DNA of 64,000 nt, taken from positions 10,234-74,233 of the forward strand of contig JAPOPM010000098.1 in the NCBI GenBank assembly GCA_026712905.1. The letters run 5' to 3'. Positions 36,247 through 46,038 of this stretch are shown here, piece by piece. This DNA comes from Deltaproteobacteria bacterium. Lineage in GTDB: Bacteria > Desulfobacterota > Binatia > UBA9968 > JAJDTQ01. Numbering within the stretch: the first letter of the stretch is position 1; every line of letters starts with the position of its first letter. A program made the translations under genes and the position numbers. Below the pieces are notes generated by a model. That model made no database searches and was not told the DNA's origin. It worked only from the letters and a program-made list of their open reading frames with translations.

Positions 36247-36705
36247 CTACCGTGAATGGCCCAGCGCCGAGCGCATGGCCACGTCCGCCGCCGGGAACGA
36301 GAAGCCTTCCGCCTCGAGCGCAGCGGCGGCCACTTCCTCGTCTTCGTGGGGCGCGGCGCCGCTCACGCCGATGCCGCCCACCAGCTCGTCGCCCATCCAG
36401 ACGGGCAAGCCGCCCTGGCCGATGGCCATGCGGCCGTCGTGTATGATCTGGACGCCGGCGTAGAACACCGGTTTGGGGTTGGCCTTCTCTTCCAGACCGC
36501 CGGTGCTCTGCCGGAAGGCCGCGGCCGCGAAGGCCTTGCCCCGGGCGATGTCCGGCGCCACGAATTTGGTCCCGTCCATGCGCCCGGCCCACATGAAGTT
36601 GCCGCTGGCATCCACCACGGTCACCGTTACCAGGTAGCCCTTTTCCTCTGCCGCGCGGATGCCGGCATCCACCAGCGCCCGCGCCTGTTTCATTCCAAAG
36701 CTCAA
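36247..36705 (-). CDS. Heme-binding GlcG/HbpS family protein
   Basis: VTVVDASG...RMDG....IARGKA.AA, GGLPV...E.VGGIGVSGA..EDE..A. Confidence 0.92.
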   Translation of the reverse strand: MSFGMKQARALVDAGIRAAEEKGYLVTVTVVDASGNFMWAGRMDGTKFVAPDIARGKAFAAAAFRQSTGGLEEKANPKPVFYAGVQIIHDGRMAIGQGGLPVWMGDELVGGIGVSGAAPHEDEEVAAAALEAEGFSFPAADVAMRSALGHSR

Positions 36706-36801
36706 AGCAAGTCTCCTCTCTCCATCTTGTCAACGTCTCGCAACGTCGTTACCGCGGAACAGGGTGCGTCAAGATTCGCCGCGCGGAGACGTAATGAGTA
36801 A

Positions 36802-36832
36802 GTCATTCCCGCTTTCCAGGCTGTGTCAAAAC
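36802..36832. repeat. Solo REP-half plus MITE-end junction
   Basis: GTCATTCCCGCTTTCCA-GGCTGTGTCAAAAC, the same junction as at 7357-7387. Confidence 0.55.
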
Positions 36833-36881
36833 GAAGCCCGGACAAGAATTGGCGGTGGCGTTTCGTGGCCAAGTGGCGTCA

Positions 36882-37145
36882 TCACACACTCTGTTTCCCG
36901 GCCCTCATGAGCCTCTCCAGCGGGCGGCGAGGCACCGGGATGTCCGCGCCCGCGGCGAGAAGCTCCCGCACGATGCGCTCGCGGTTGCGGTCGAGGTCGT
37001 CCAGGGCTTCTTCGGGCGAAAGCCCCTCGCCGAAGCAACCCGGGAACTCCGGATACTCGGCCCGGCGCAGCCACCGGCCGTCGGGTCCCCGAACCGCGGC
37101 CACGCGCAACACGTAGGGCACGGCCATGTACTCTTCAAACGTCAC
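36882..37145 (-). CDS. HicB-like antitoxin-domain protein (orphan)
   Basis: AEYPEFPGCFGEGLSPEEALDDL......ADIPVP is the HicB N-terminal signature. Confidence 0.75.
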   Translation of the reverse strand: MTFEEYMAVPYVLRVAAVRGPDGRWLRRAEYPEFPGCFGEGLSPEEALDDLDRNRERIVRELLAAGADIPVPRRPLERLMRAGKQSV

Positions 37146-37221
37146 GGTCGAACGTTCCTGTCGTCACTGTTTCCCGGCGGCCGACTGGCTCCGTGGCAAC
37201 CTTGGCAACGAATGCGGCGGC

Positions 37222-38526
37222 CTACGAGGCGATGTTCACGCGGTCCTGCACCGCCTCGACCCACGCGGCATCGTTGGGCAGCCGCACCGAGGTGGCGCGG
37301 ACGTGGTGCAGCTTCGGGTCCAGTCCCGGCGGGTCGGCCTGTCCCTCCCGCAGCATCCTGGCGGAGTCGATGAGACACTTGCGCACCTTGATGATGGCGG
37401 TGTCGCTGGTGCCCAGGCGTTCCCGGGTGCGGTCGAAGATGGGGCCCTGGCTCTCGGTCATGGCGCGGTCCTGCATGCCGAAACCGGGAATGCCGCAGAA
37501 CATGCGCGTGCGGTGTGCCTCCCAGTCCATGCCGTAGTCGTCGTCGGGGGTCGCCTCGGGGCGGACGTCGCCGTAGGGGCCGTTGATGGGCGGCCCGAAG
37601 CGCGTGATGTGGGAGCTGAAGCCGTCGGCCAGGGACGCCAGCTCTTCTTCCCGCAGCGGGCGCGTGGGGTGCCAGGTGATGGTCCAGTTGATGAGGTGCT
37701 CGTCGTCCGCCGGCACCCACGCGTGCGAGTGCAGGATCGGATCCTCGTCCTGGGGCGGCGGCATGGTGTAGAAGGGCATGAGGAACTGCGTGATGCGCCA
37801 GTAGTAATGGTCGTCGGGTGCATTCCGCCGGGCTCCGATCATGACCCCGTAGTCCGTGTCCACGACCTCGAAGCGCGGGCTCCGGTCCGTGGTCCCCACG
37901 GCGGTGTCCACGCCGAAGCCGGCCTTCTCGAGGCTCTCCAGGGATGTGCGGTCGGTGGCATCCAGCGGCGCGTGCAGGAACGAGATGTGGCTGGAGTCGA
38001 TGCCGCCTTCCAGCGCCTGAAAGTAGTTGTTGCTCTGGTAGTACTTCGAGATGAAGCGCTGGTTGTCCGCCAGCCCCAGCCACTCGAAGTCCGGCAGGTC
38101 CGTCATGTGCGCGGGATCGCCCATGAACGCCCACACCACGCCGCCGCGCTCGCGGCAGGGATAGGCGGGATGCCGCACGGCGTGCTTGAAGTCCGTTTCC
38201 GGGGACTCGTTGGGCATCTCCAGACAGCGCCCGTCGAGCCCGTACTTCCAGCCGTGGTAGCAGCAGCGCAACCCGTCCGGCTCCACGCGCCCGTAGTAGA
38301 GCGACACGCGCCGGTGCGAGCACGTCTCGCCCAGCAATCCGGCCTCGCCGCGAGTGGTGCGAAACGCCACCATGCTCTCGCCCAGTATGCGGACCCTCTT
38401 GGTCCGGCCGCCGGCCTCCAGCTCGCTCGAAAGGACCACCGGCACCCAATAGCGCCGCATCAGCGCGCCCATGGGGGTGCCTGGGCCGACTTGTGTCAGG
38501 ATGTCGTTGTCTTCTCTGGTCAGCAT
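37222..38526 (-). CDS. Rieske non-heme iron oxygenase alpha subunit (phthalate 4,5-dioxygenase/LigX-like)
   Basis: VGPGTPMGALMRRYW, CSHR..SL..CCYHGWK (Rieske), DSSHISFLH (mononuclear Fe), QDRAMTESQG. Confidence 0.93.
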   Translation of the reverse strand: MLTREDNDILTQVGPGTPMGALMRRYWVPVVLSSELEAGGRTKRVRILGESMVAFRTTRGEAGLLGETCSHRRVSLYYGRVEPDGLRCCYHGWKYGLDGRCLEMPNESPETDFKHAVRHPAYPCRERGGVVWAFMGDPAHMTDLPDFEWLGLADNQRFISKYYQSNNYFQALEGGIDSSHISFLHAPLDATDRTSLESLEKAGFGVDTAVGTTDRSPRFEVVDTDYGVMIGARRNAPDDHYYWRITQFLMPFYTMPPPQDEDPILHSHAWVPADDEHLINWTITWHPTRPLREEELASLADGFSSHITRFGPPINGPYGDVRPEATPDDDYGMDWEAHRTRMFCGIPGFGMQDRAMTESQGPIFDRTRERLGTSDTAIIKVRKCLIDSARMLREGQADPPGLDPKLHHVRATSVRLPNDAAWVEAVQDRVNIAS

Positions 38527-39115
38527 GCTCGTCCTCGATGCCAGTGTAGTGCGCGGAGCCTAAAGAACTACAATCGGTATTACGTTTGTGTCAAGTCTGC
38601 CGTTCGTCGCGCTGATAGGGCACGACAAAGGGTGGCGTAACGGTCAATCGGGTGTCGAGATCTTGGGTCGGAGGCGCTTGCTGAGCCCCCTGCGTTCGGT
38701 GAACGCTACCTCGGTCCAGAAAACTCGGGTGCTGAAGGTGATGTGCATCAAGGCGAATACACCGTCGACGACCGAGCGCCCACGGTCGAGGCAGTAATGC
38801 AATTGTCCCAGGTCGAACCAGGCGACGCGTAGCATCCGAGATCGACCGGGACCGTCCGAGTGGAGCGCGAGCTTGGCGATATCGTTCATGCCGGGGCGCT
38901 TGGTCATTCTGGGGACGGGGTCGGTTCAACATCGAGGACGTTTCGGCTGGGGAGAATCTCCTACGCAAGGAAAATCAAGTCGTTTCATCGGCCACGAAAT
39001 CCCGTTATCATCCACCTGTGGTTTTAATAGGAGAGGCTTGTCAGTGCACCAGGCGGGGTGATTGCTGTGCTTCAAGCCTGACGGCGGCGGCCGGGCCAAC
39101 GGCAGGGATGCGCGC

Positions 39116-40528
39116 ATGACCCCTGAGCAGATTTCGGCGCTCGTTGCATCCGGCGAATCCGAGACGCTGGAGTTGAAGGCCACGACGAGAACGCGACGCG
39201 AGGCGGCAGCGACCGTGTGCGCCATGCTCAATCGGCGCGGTGGATACGTGTTGTTCGGCGTCACGCCAGAAGGCAGCATCGTGGGCCAGCAGGTGAGCGA
39301 ACGGACGCTGGAGGAGGTAAGCGCCGAGATCCAACGGATAGATCCGCCGGCGTTTCCAGAGATCGAGAGAGTCCGAGTGTCCAGGAACTTGGAGGTGGTC
39401 GCGATCCGCGTGAGTCGGGGCGCTTCGCCGCCGTATCAATACCGTGGAGCCTCCTATCGGCGCGTGGGGAACACGACACGGACCATGTCGGTCGACGAAT
39501 ACAACCGGATGCTCTTCGAGCGCATGCACAACGAGCGACGCTGGGAAAACCAGCCCGCCACCGGATGGACTGTCGACGACCTGGACACGGTGGAAATCCG
39601 CAATACTGTGGCGGAGGCAGTGCGGATTGGTCGGTTGAACGAACCCGGCAGTCGGGAACCCGAGGAGTTGCTGCGCGGTTTGGGTCTGATTCGCGAAGGC
39701 GTCCTCTTTCGGGCGGCAGCAGCGCTCTTCGGGAATGCCGAGCGGCTGGAAAGCGAGATGCCGCAGTGCCTGCTCCGTGTGGCTCGTTTCCGAGGGCTCG
39801 ATCGATCGGAGTTCCTGGACAATCGCCAGTTCAATGGCAACGCCTTCACGCTCCTGGCAAGCGCGGAACGCTTTCTGCGTGATACCCTCCCCATCGCTAG
39901 CCGGTTCGAGTCAGGCCGCATCCAGCGCATCGACGAACCTCTTTACCCGCCTTTGGCTACACGGGAAGCGCTCGCGAACGCGCTGTGTCATTGCGACTAC
40001 GCGATGGGCGGCGGCTCCCTTGGTCTCGCAGTGTACGACGACCGCCTGGAGGTGACGTCGACGGGTCCGCTGCACTTCGGGCTGACTCCCGATAATCTGT
40101 TCGGGCCGCACGAGTCGAGGCCTTGGAATCCGCTCATCGCTCGCACGTTCTATCGGCGCGGTATCATCGAGGAGTGGGGCCGCGGTACGCTCAGGATGGC
40201 TGATTTGGCTACGGCCGCTGGCTTGCCCCGACCCGAGATCGAGGAACATGGCGATTGCGTGACGGTGCGCTTCCGGCGTTCCGGCTATGTGCCGCTCAGA
40301 CGCAGCGGGGACGACCTGATCAGGCGGCGAGAGGCGATTTTGGCACTGCTGGATGACGCGGAGGATGGCTTGGCGTTGCGCGACATTGCTGCCGGTTTGG
40401 TATCTGATGCCACCGAACGGCAGGTTAAGCGAGCCTTGGCGGGGTTGCGTGATCGTGGTTTGGCGAGGTCAAATGGGCGTGGACTGGCGGCCCGGTGGAG
40501 GCGAATTCGGTCTGGAGAAAGCGAATAG
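39116..40528 (+). CDS. AlbA_2 (Schlafen-like) + HATPase_c_4 + C-terminal HTH ATP-binding protein
   Basis: GESETLELK, CAMLN..GG.VLFGV, ATREALANALCHCDY, RLEV.S.G, PWNPLIA..F...G..EEWGRG. Confidence 0.9.
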   Translation: MTPEQISALVASGESETLELKATTRTRREAAATVCAMLNRRGGYVLFGVTPEGSIVGQQVSERTLEEVSAEIQRIDPPAFPEIERVRVSRNLEVVAIRVSRGASPPYQYRGASYRRVGNTTRTMSVDEYNRMLFERMHNERRWENQPATGWTVDDLDTVEIRNTVAEAVRIGRLNEPGSREPEELLRGLGLIREGVLFRAAAALFGNAERLESEMPQCLLRVARFRGLDRSEFLDNRQFNGNAFTLLASAERFLRDTLPIASRFESGRIQRIDEPLYPPLATREALANALCHCDYAMGGGSLGLAVYDDRLEVTSTGPLHFGLTPDNLFGPHESRPWNPLIARTFYRRGIIEEWGRGTLRMADLATAAGLPRPEIEEHGDCVTVRFRRSGYVPLRRSGDDLIRRREAILALLDDAEDGLALRDIAAGLVSDATERQVKRALAGLRDRGLARSNGRGLAARWRRIRSGESE

Positions 40529-40542
40529 GCTCCTTGCGACCC

Positions 40543-40593
40543 TTGGGGTTTTATTAGGGGTTCATGGGGGTCCAATAGGGGGCTTATTGGGGG
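40543..40593. repeat. Five spaced G-tracts (integrase arm-type repeats or G-quadruplex-prone)
   Basis: TTGGGG-TTTTAT-TAGGGG-TTCA-TGGGGG-TCCAA-TAGGGGG-CTTAT-TGGGGG. Confidence 0.5.
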
Positions 40594-40683
40594 CAGGTCG
40601 GTTGAGCTGATCGGCGGTTTCGAGGTCCGGAAGACATGCAACGCGTTCGCAGAAGAAAGCGCGGTTTGGCAGGGAGGCTCGGT

Positions 40684-41202
40684 ATGGACGGCGGCTTTTG
40701 GTTCATGTTCGGGGCCAGCATCGTCGTCGGCGTGTTCGTGCTCTATTCCTACGGCGCGCACAGGGCGCTGGAAGGCCTGTCGAGCGGGGGCCAGCTTCTC
40801 ATGGCCACGCTTCCCAAGATGATCTTCGCCTTCACCGTGGCGGGCCTGATCCAGGTCATCCTCCCTACCGACCTGATCTCGGAGTGGATCGGCGAGGGCT
40901 CCGGACTCAAAGGGCTCCTGATCGGCACGGTGGCGGGCACCCTCACCCCCGGCGGGCCGATGATGCACTTTCCCATCGTCGCGTCGCTGCTGCACTCCGG
41001 CGCCGGCTCCGGTCCCATCATCGCCTACCTGACCGCGTGGTCCCTGCTCGGGCTCCATCGCGTCGTGATATGGGAGATACCCATCCTGGGCTTCGAGATA
41101 TCGGCGGTGCGTTTCGTGGCGAGCCTGGCGCTGCCGCCGCTGGTGGGTTTCGTGGGATCGTATCTCTTCCACAGCCTGCCGACCCGGCTTCCCGGACCGT
41201 GA
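40684..41202 (+). CDS. Predicted permease (DUF318/ArsP-like, half-size)
   Basis: AGLIQVILP...EWIG, GTLTPGGP...FPIVASL..G...IIAYLTAWS. Confidence 0.8.
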   Translation: MDGGFWFMFGASIVVGVFVLYSYGAHRALEGLSSGGQLLMATLPKMIFAFTVAGLIQVILPTDLISEWIGEGSGLKGLLIGTVAGTLTPGGPMMHFPIVASLLHSGAGSGPIIAYLTAWSLLGLHRVVIWEIPILGFEISAVRFVASLALPPLVGFVGSYLFHSLPTRLPGP

Positions 41203-41214
41203 CCGACCCGCGCG

Positions 41215-42825
41215 TTACGAAGGCGAATCCGCCGGATCGTCCTTGACGAGATCGATCTCCCACGACAGGTAGCGTTCCATGTCCTCACGGGACTTGCCCA
41301 GGGCACCGGTCCACACGCTGTGACCGAAGTCGGCCTGCGCGTCCTCGGTGGACACGCCCGTGCCTTCCAGACCGTCTTCGAGGTTGCGGCCCGTGCTCTC
41401 CCACGCCCGAGTCCCGCCTTCGAGCACCTGGACCCTGGCATACCCGAGTTCCCGCAGAGTCCCCGCCGCCAGCGTGGAACGGATCGCGTTGTCGCACACC
41501 ATCACCAGCGCCGCGTCCTTGTCCGGCGCGGTGGCCTCGATGTCGAGTTCCAGGCGTCCGCGGGGAAGCCAGCGCGTTCCGGGAATATGGGCGAATCCGT
41601 ATTCGCCGATGCTGCGTACGTCGAGGGCGAGACCGGATGCGTCCAGGTGCGCCTGGAGACCGGCGGCGTCGGTGAAGCGGGTCCGGGCGTGCGCTTCATC
41701 GAGTCCGAAGACGGCAAGCTCCGGCACGCCCTGTTCAAGGGGCAGGCCGGCGTCCCGCCACCGCTGCAGGCCGCCCTCCAGGACCGACACGTCGCGGAAG
41801 CCGAGCTGCTGCAGCAGCGACGCCGCCCACACCGGCCGCAGGTCGTCGTCGGAGATCAGGAACACCGGGGCGGCGCGCACGGCGAGGAAGTTCTCATGGG
41901 CCAGGGCCATCTGCCCCAGCGGGAGCGAGATGGCGCGGGGAACGTGGCCGGCCTGGAACTCTTCCGGCAAGCGCACGTCCAGGAGATAGAAGGCTTGGTC
42001 GGAGTCGTAGACGCCGCGAAACGTTTCCAGCGTGCTCCGGCGCACCGCCGCGGTCGAGGCGAGGGCGTCGGTTGCCCGTTGGATGCGCGCGACACGTGTT
42101 GCCGAGGCCGGCGCGGGCACCTCCCGGCCCGGACCCTCGGCGATGTCGTGCCCGGACAGGAACCAGCCCATGACGCCGTTCTCCAAGGCGTAGACATTGT
42201 CGAAGCCGTTGTCGTGCAGCAGTTTGGCACCGAGGATGCCGCGGGTGCGGCCGGCGCAACTCACCACCAGCGTGGTGCCGTCCCTGAGCGGCAGACGCGG
42301 CGCGTCCACCAGCAGATTGCCGCCGGGAATGTGGTAGGTGTCGGGAACGTGGCCGCGCAGGTACTCTTCGCGCGAGCGCACGTCCACCACCACCAAGTCG
42401 TCCCCGGCCGCGCGCCGGCGGGCCAGTTCCGGCGCGTTCATGTGGGTGACGTCGCCGCCGTGCGCCACGCGCTCGCCGTACTCCTTGCCGTGCACGCCCC
42501 ATCCCGAACGCACCGGCAGCCCTTGCCGTTGCCACGCCTCGACCCCGCCGGCCAGTACCCTGACGTCGCCGTAGCCCATGCGTTCCAGGGTCTCGGCGGC
42601 TAGCGCGCTACGGTTCCCGTCGTCGCACAACACCACCACCGGAACACGTGTGTCCGGCACCATCACGGGCAGCCGCAGCTCCAGTGTACCCCGGTTTACG
42701 GGACTGGTCCCGGCGATCTGCGCGCGGGCGAACTCGCCGCGTTCGCGTACGTCGATGCAGGCGTAGGGTTCATCCGAAGCGAGCAAAGCCTGCAAAATCG
42801 AGGGGTCGATAGTGGAATGGCTCAA
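41215..42825 (-). CDS. Four-domain rhodanese/sulfurtransferase
   Basis: Four IDVRE/VDVRS/LDVRL/LDVRS..G.HI repeats with active-site loops CDDGNRS, CAGRTRG, SDDDLRP, CDNAIRS; TTG start. Confidence 0.9.
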   Translation of the reverse strand: MSHSTIDPSILQALLASDEPYACIDVRERGEFARAQIAGTSPVNRGTLELRLPVMVPDTRVPVVVLCDDGNRSALAAETLERMGYGDVRVLAGGVEAWQRQGLPVRSGWGVHGKEYGERVAHGGDVTHMNAPELARRRAAGDDLVVVDVRSREEYLRGHVPDTYHIPGGNLLVDAPRLPLRDGTTLVVSCAGRTRGILGAKLLHDNGFDNVYALENGVMGWFLSGHDIAEGPGREVPAPASATRVARIQRATDALASTAAVRRSTLETFRGVYDSDQAFYLLDVRLPEEFQAGHVPRAISLPLGQMALAHENFLAVRAAPVFLISDDDLRPVWAASLLQQLGFRDVSVLEGGLQRWRDAGLPLEQGVPELAVFGLDEAHARTRFTDAAGLQAHLDASGLALDVRSIGEYGFAHIPGTRWLPRGRLELDIEATAPDKDAALVMVCDNAIRSTLAAGTLRELGYARVQVLEGGTRAWESTGRNLEDGLEGTGVSTEDAQADFGHSVWTGALGKSREDMERYLSWEIDLVKDDPADSPS

Positions 42826-42843
42826 GGGTCTCCTCCCGTTTGG

Positions 42844-44025
42844 TCACGCCACGTGCGCGGGCCGCTCCGCGTACACGATGGCGCCGGACGTGGTGGCAAC
42901 GCACGCGGCTTTCTCGTGATCGCGGATGATCCCCTTGGGATCCTTCCCGGCCTTGACGTCGTCGATGGCGGTCTTGAGGATCTTCCGGAACAGCAGCACC
43001 CCTTCGTCCGAGCTGACGTGGCGTTCCATGGCGTGCAACACGATCTCGCCCTGGCTCTCCTGGGCCTCCTTGTCGTCGGGATAGCGCTGGCTGTACTCGT
43101 AGTTACGGGGACCGCGGCCCGCCGGGGCGAGCTTCTCGCGGCCGGACAGCTCCCAGGTGTCGGTCCCGTCCGGCACCCAGCGGATGCTGGCGCCGAGTTG
43201 ATGGGTGTCGTCCACGGGGACGCAGAAGGACACCCGGTCCACCTTCTCCGTCACCGGCTCGTCCGTGTAGGTCAGGTGAACGTTGAGCGGCATGATGTTT
43301 TCCCAGATGACGTCGGCCCAGCGTCCGTCTTCCATCCTGCGGGTCATGACGAAGCGGATGCCCAGGTCGGTCTCCTCGTAAACCAGCCGCTCCGGCAAGG
43401 TGGAATGGGCCTGGGTGGGGAACTGGGCGCCGCTGTGCACCGTGTGCAGCCACACCGCATGGAGCGCGTCCATGAGGTTCTCCTCGCTTTGGAGCCAGTT
43501 GCAGTCCTGGGCTCCGCCCACCCGGGGGCCGAAGCGCGCCTTCAGCGTGCCTCCCTCCGCCTCCAGCACGTCGTAGCGGGGCAGCAGCGGCATCTTCTCC
43601 AGCGGCCCCATATAGGCGAACAGCAGCCCGCCGTACTCCTGCACCGGGTAGGCGGGGTGCCAGATGTGGTCCTTGACCGTGCTGTCGGGCGGCTCCAGCG
43701 GCATGTCAAGGATGCGGCCCTCCACGTCGTAGAGCCAGCCGTGGTAGCAGCAGCGCAGCCCGTCCCGTTCCACCCGCCCGTACTCCAGCGAGGTGCCCCT
43801 GTGGCTGCAGCGGAAGAAGAGCAGCCCCGGGCGCCCTTGTCCGTCCCGGAACGCCACCAGGTCTTCGCCCAGGATGCGGATGCGTTTGGGCAGGTCGCCG
43901 AGGTCGGCGGACTGGCACACCGGTTGCCAGTAACGTCGCATCAACTCGCCGCAGGGCGTACCCGGTCCCACGCGGGTGAGTTCGGGGTCTATGTCGGGAA
44001 TCTTGAGACCGTAGGCGCTGCGCAT
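42844..44025 (-). CDS. Rieske non-heme iron oxygenase alpha subunit (phthalate/LigX-like)
   Basis: VGPGTPCGELMRRYWQP, CSHRGTSL..CCYHGW, DALHAVWLH, DKEAQESQG. Confidence 0.93.
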   Translation of the reverse strand: MRSAYGLKIPDIDPELTRVGPGTPCGELMRRYWQPVCQSADLGDLPKRIRILGEDLVAFRDGQGRPGLLFFRCSHRGTSLEYGRVERDGLRCCYHGWLYDVEGRILDMPLEPPDSTVKDHIWHPAYPVQEYGGLLFAYMGPLEKMPLLPRYDVLEAEGGTLKARFGPRVGGAQDCNWLQSEENLMDALHAVWLHTVHSGAQFPTQAHSTLPERLVYEETDLGIRFVMTRRMEDGRWADVIWENIMPLNVHLTYTDEPVTEKVDRVSFCVPVDDTHQLGASIRWVPDGTDTWELSGREKLAPAGRGPRNYEYSQRYPDDKEAQESQGEIVLHAMERHVSSDEGVLLFRKILKTAIDDVKAGKDPKGIIRDHEKAACVATTSGAIVYAERPAHVA

Positions 44026-44396
44026 GACGTTCCTCCTGGCCCGTGTGGGCGGCCTGGCATCCGGCTAGTGTCGTGTCCCGTAAATTCCTGGCATAAGTTG
44101 CGCAGGATTTTTCGTCGTCGGCACGTGAGCTATCACGCCGGCTCCGGAAGGCGGTTTGGCAGCGGATATATCAACAGCCGCGGGGTGAGTAAAGCGGGCG
44201 AGGGACGAAATCCGCGGCGGACCAGGAGAAGACCAAGGGTACTTCGCCTTGTTTGACAGGGATGGCGTAATCGGACTAATATCGGCTCGCCTGTCTCGAA
44301 TTGTCAGGCTGGCGGAGTTTTCATCGCTGATGCGATGCTCCATACGCGGTTTCATGAAGCCGCGGAGAAACGGATCGAACCCGGAGATTCTCATTT

Positions 44397-45263
44397 ATGG
44401 CGAAACAGGAGGATTTGGCGCTGGGGACAGGGGGGGTGGCCACACCAGACGCGGACCCGTCCCAGGGGCCGCGGAAAACCTCCTCCGTCTTTAGCGAGGC
44501 GGGTTGGGACGTCGCTCTCCGCGTAGGCTCCATCTTCGCGCTCATCATTGCATGGTGGGCGATGGGCCTCTTCTTCCCGCCCGCGCTGATACCGAGGCCG
44601 TGGGAAACCTTCGGCGAGGTAGGCGTCATCATCAAGACGGGCGAGTTCTATCACCACATGGGCAACACGCTTTGGCGCGTGTTCGTCGGCTTCGGCCTTG
44701 CCATGGTGGTGAGCACGCCCCTCGGGATCATCATGGGGAGCTTTCGCAATCAGGAGAGCTTCTTCGAGCCTCCGGTGATCCTCGGCCTCACCATGCCGGG
44801 CCTTATCTGGGCGCTGCTGATGCTCATGGTCTTCGGCATCAAGGAGATCAGCGCCTACCTCGCGGTGGCCGTGACCATCTCTCCCATGCTCACCATCAGC
44901 ATCTGGCAGGGGACCAAGTCCATCGACAAGGATTTGATCGACATGAGCACGGCGTTCCGCGCCAGCGTGTATTCCAAGCTGGTGGACGTGATCCTGCCGC
45001 AGTTGGTGTCGCATATCCTCGCCGCCATCCGGTACGGTCTGGGGCTGGCGTGGAAGGTGATCGTGCTGGTCGAAGGGTTCGGCTTCAGCAACGGTGTCGG
45101 CTATCAGGTCATGCACCAATTCGACCTCTTCTCGGTGAAGGGGGTGCTGGCCTGGGCCATCACGTTCCTGATCGTGATGATCTTCCTTGAGTTCGGTGTG
45201 GTGGGTGTGCTGGAGCGCAGCGTCACCCGCTGGCGGCCGCGCGTCGAGGCTTGGAGGCGGTAG
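44397..45263 (+). CDS. ABC transporter permease (nitrate/sulfonate/taurine class)
   Basis: H...TLWRV..G, EAA-like loop IDMSTAFRAS..V.LP, AWKVIV..E. Confidence 0.9.
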   Translation: MAKQEDLALGTGGVATPDADPSQGPRKTSSVFSEAGWDVALRVGSIFALIIAWWAMGLFFPPALIPRPWETFGEVGVIIKTGEFYHHMGNTLWRVFVGFGLAMVVSTPLGIIMGSFRNQESFFEPPVILGLTMPGLIWALLMLMVFGIKEISAYLAVAVTISPMLTISIWQGTKSIDKDLIDMSTAFRASVYSKLVDVILPQLVSHILAAIRYGLGLAWKVIVLVEGFGFSNGVGYQVMHQFDLFSVKGVLAWAITFLIVMIFLEFGVVGVLERSVTRWRPRVEAWRR

Positions 45264-45264
45264 G

Positions 45265-46038
45265 TTGGCGTACGTACGGATTGACCAAGCTGTCAAATTC
45301 TTCTCCCGCGAGGACGGCTCGCCGCTGAAGGTGCTGGACGGTATCTCCTTCGACACCAAAGAGTACGGCATCACGGCGCTTCTCGGGCCATCGGGCTGCG
45401 GCAAGTCGACGCTGTTGAACATCATCACCGGCCTTGAGCGCCTCGACCACGGCCAGGTGGAGATCATCTCCAGCGGCGAGGACGAAAAGCGGGCACACCC
45501 GCAGTTGGGCTACGTGTTCCAGGATCCGAGGCTGCTCAACTGGAAACGCGTGGACGACAATCTGCGGTTCGCCCTCAAGGGCATGGAGGTGCCGAACAAG
45601 GAGTGGGACGAGCGGCTCGACAAGTACCTGTCGCTGGTGGGCCTTACGGACTTTCGTAAGCAGTATCCCCTCTACCTGTCCGGCGGTATGCGGCAACGGG
45701 TGGGTCTTGCCCGCGGGCTCGTGATCGAGCCGCAGGTGCTGTTGATGGACGAGCCCTACAGCAAGCTCGACCAGCTCACGGCGCGGCAGTTGCGGGAGGA
45801 CACCCTCCAGATCTGTTCCCGGTTGAAGCAGACCGCCTTGCTGGTCACCCACGACGTGGAGGAATCCGCCTACATGGGGGACCGGATCGTGATTTTCTCC
45901 GCCCGACCTGCGCGCATCGCCGCGGTTTACGAGAACCCCCTCCGCTCCGCGGAGCGGGACACCGACGACATGCGGTTCATCGAGTTCAAGAAGGAAGTGC
46001 TGGAAACCATACTCAATCTAGTCAAGGAGGGAGCATGA
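45265..46038 (+). CDS. ABC transporter ATP-binding protein (nitrate/sulfonate class)
   Basis: GPSGCGKST, VFQDPRLLNW, YPLYLSGGMRQRV, LLMDEP, VTHD; TTG start. Confidence 0.93.
   Translation: MAYVRIDQAVKFFSREDGSPLKVLDGISFDTKEYGITALLGPSGCGKSTLLNIITGLERLDHGQVEIISSGEDEKRAHPQLGYVFQDPRLLNWKRVDDNLRFALKGMEVPNKEWDERLDKYLSLVGLTDFRKQYPLYLSGGMRQRVGLARGLVIEPQVLLMDEPYSKLDQLTARQLREDTLQICSRLKQTALLVTHDVEESAYMGDRIVIFSARPARIAAVYENPLRSAERDTDDMRFIEFKKEVLETILNLVKEGA

Noticed and set aside
38591-39060. Short ORFs 38644-38907, 38591-38968 and 38926-39279 as real genes
   Set aside because: No recognisable motifs or RBS; probably pseudogene debris that I cannot assign without a search.
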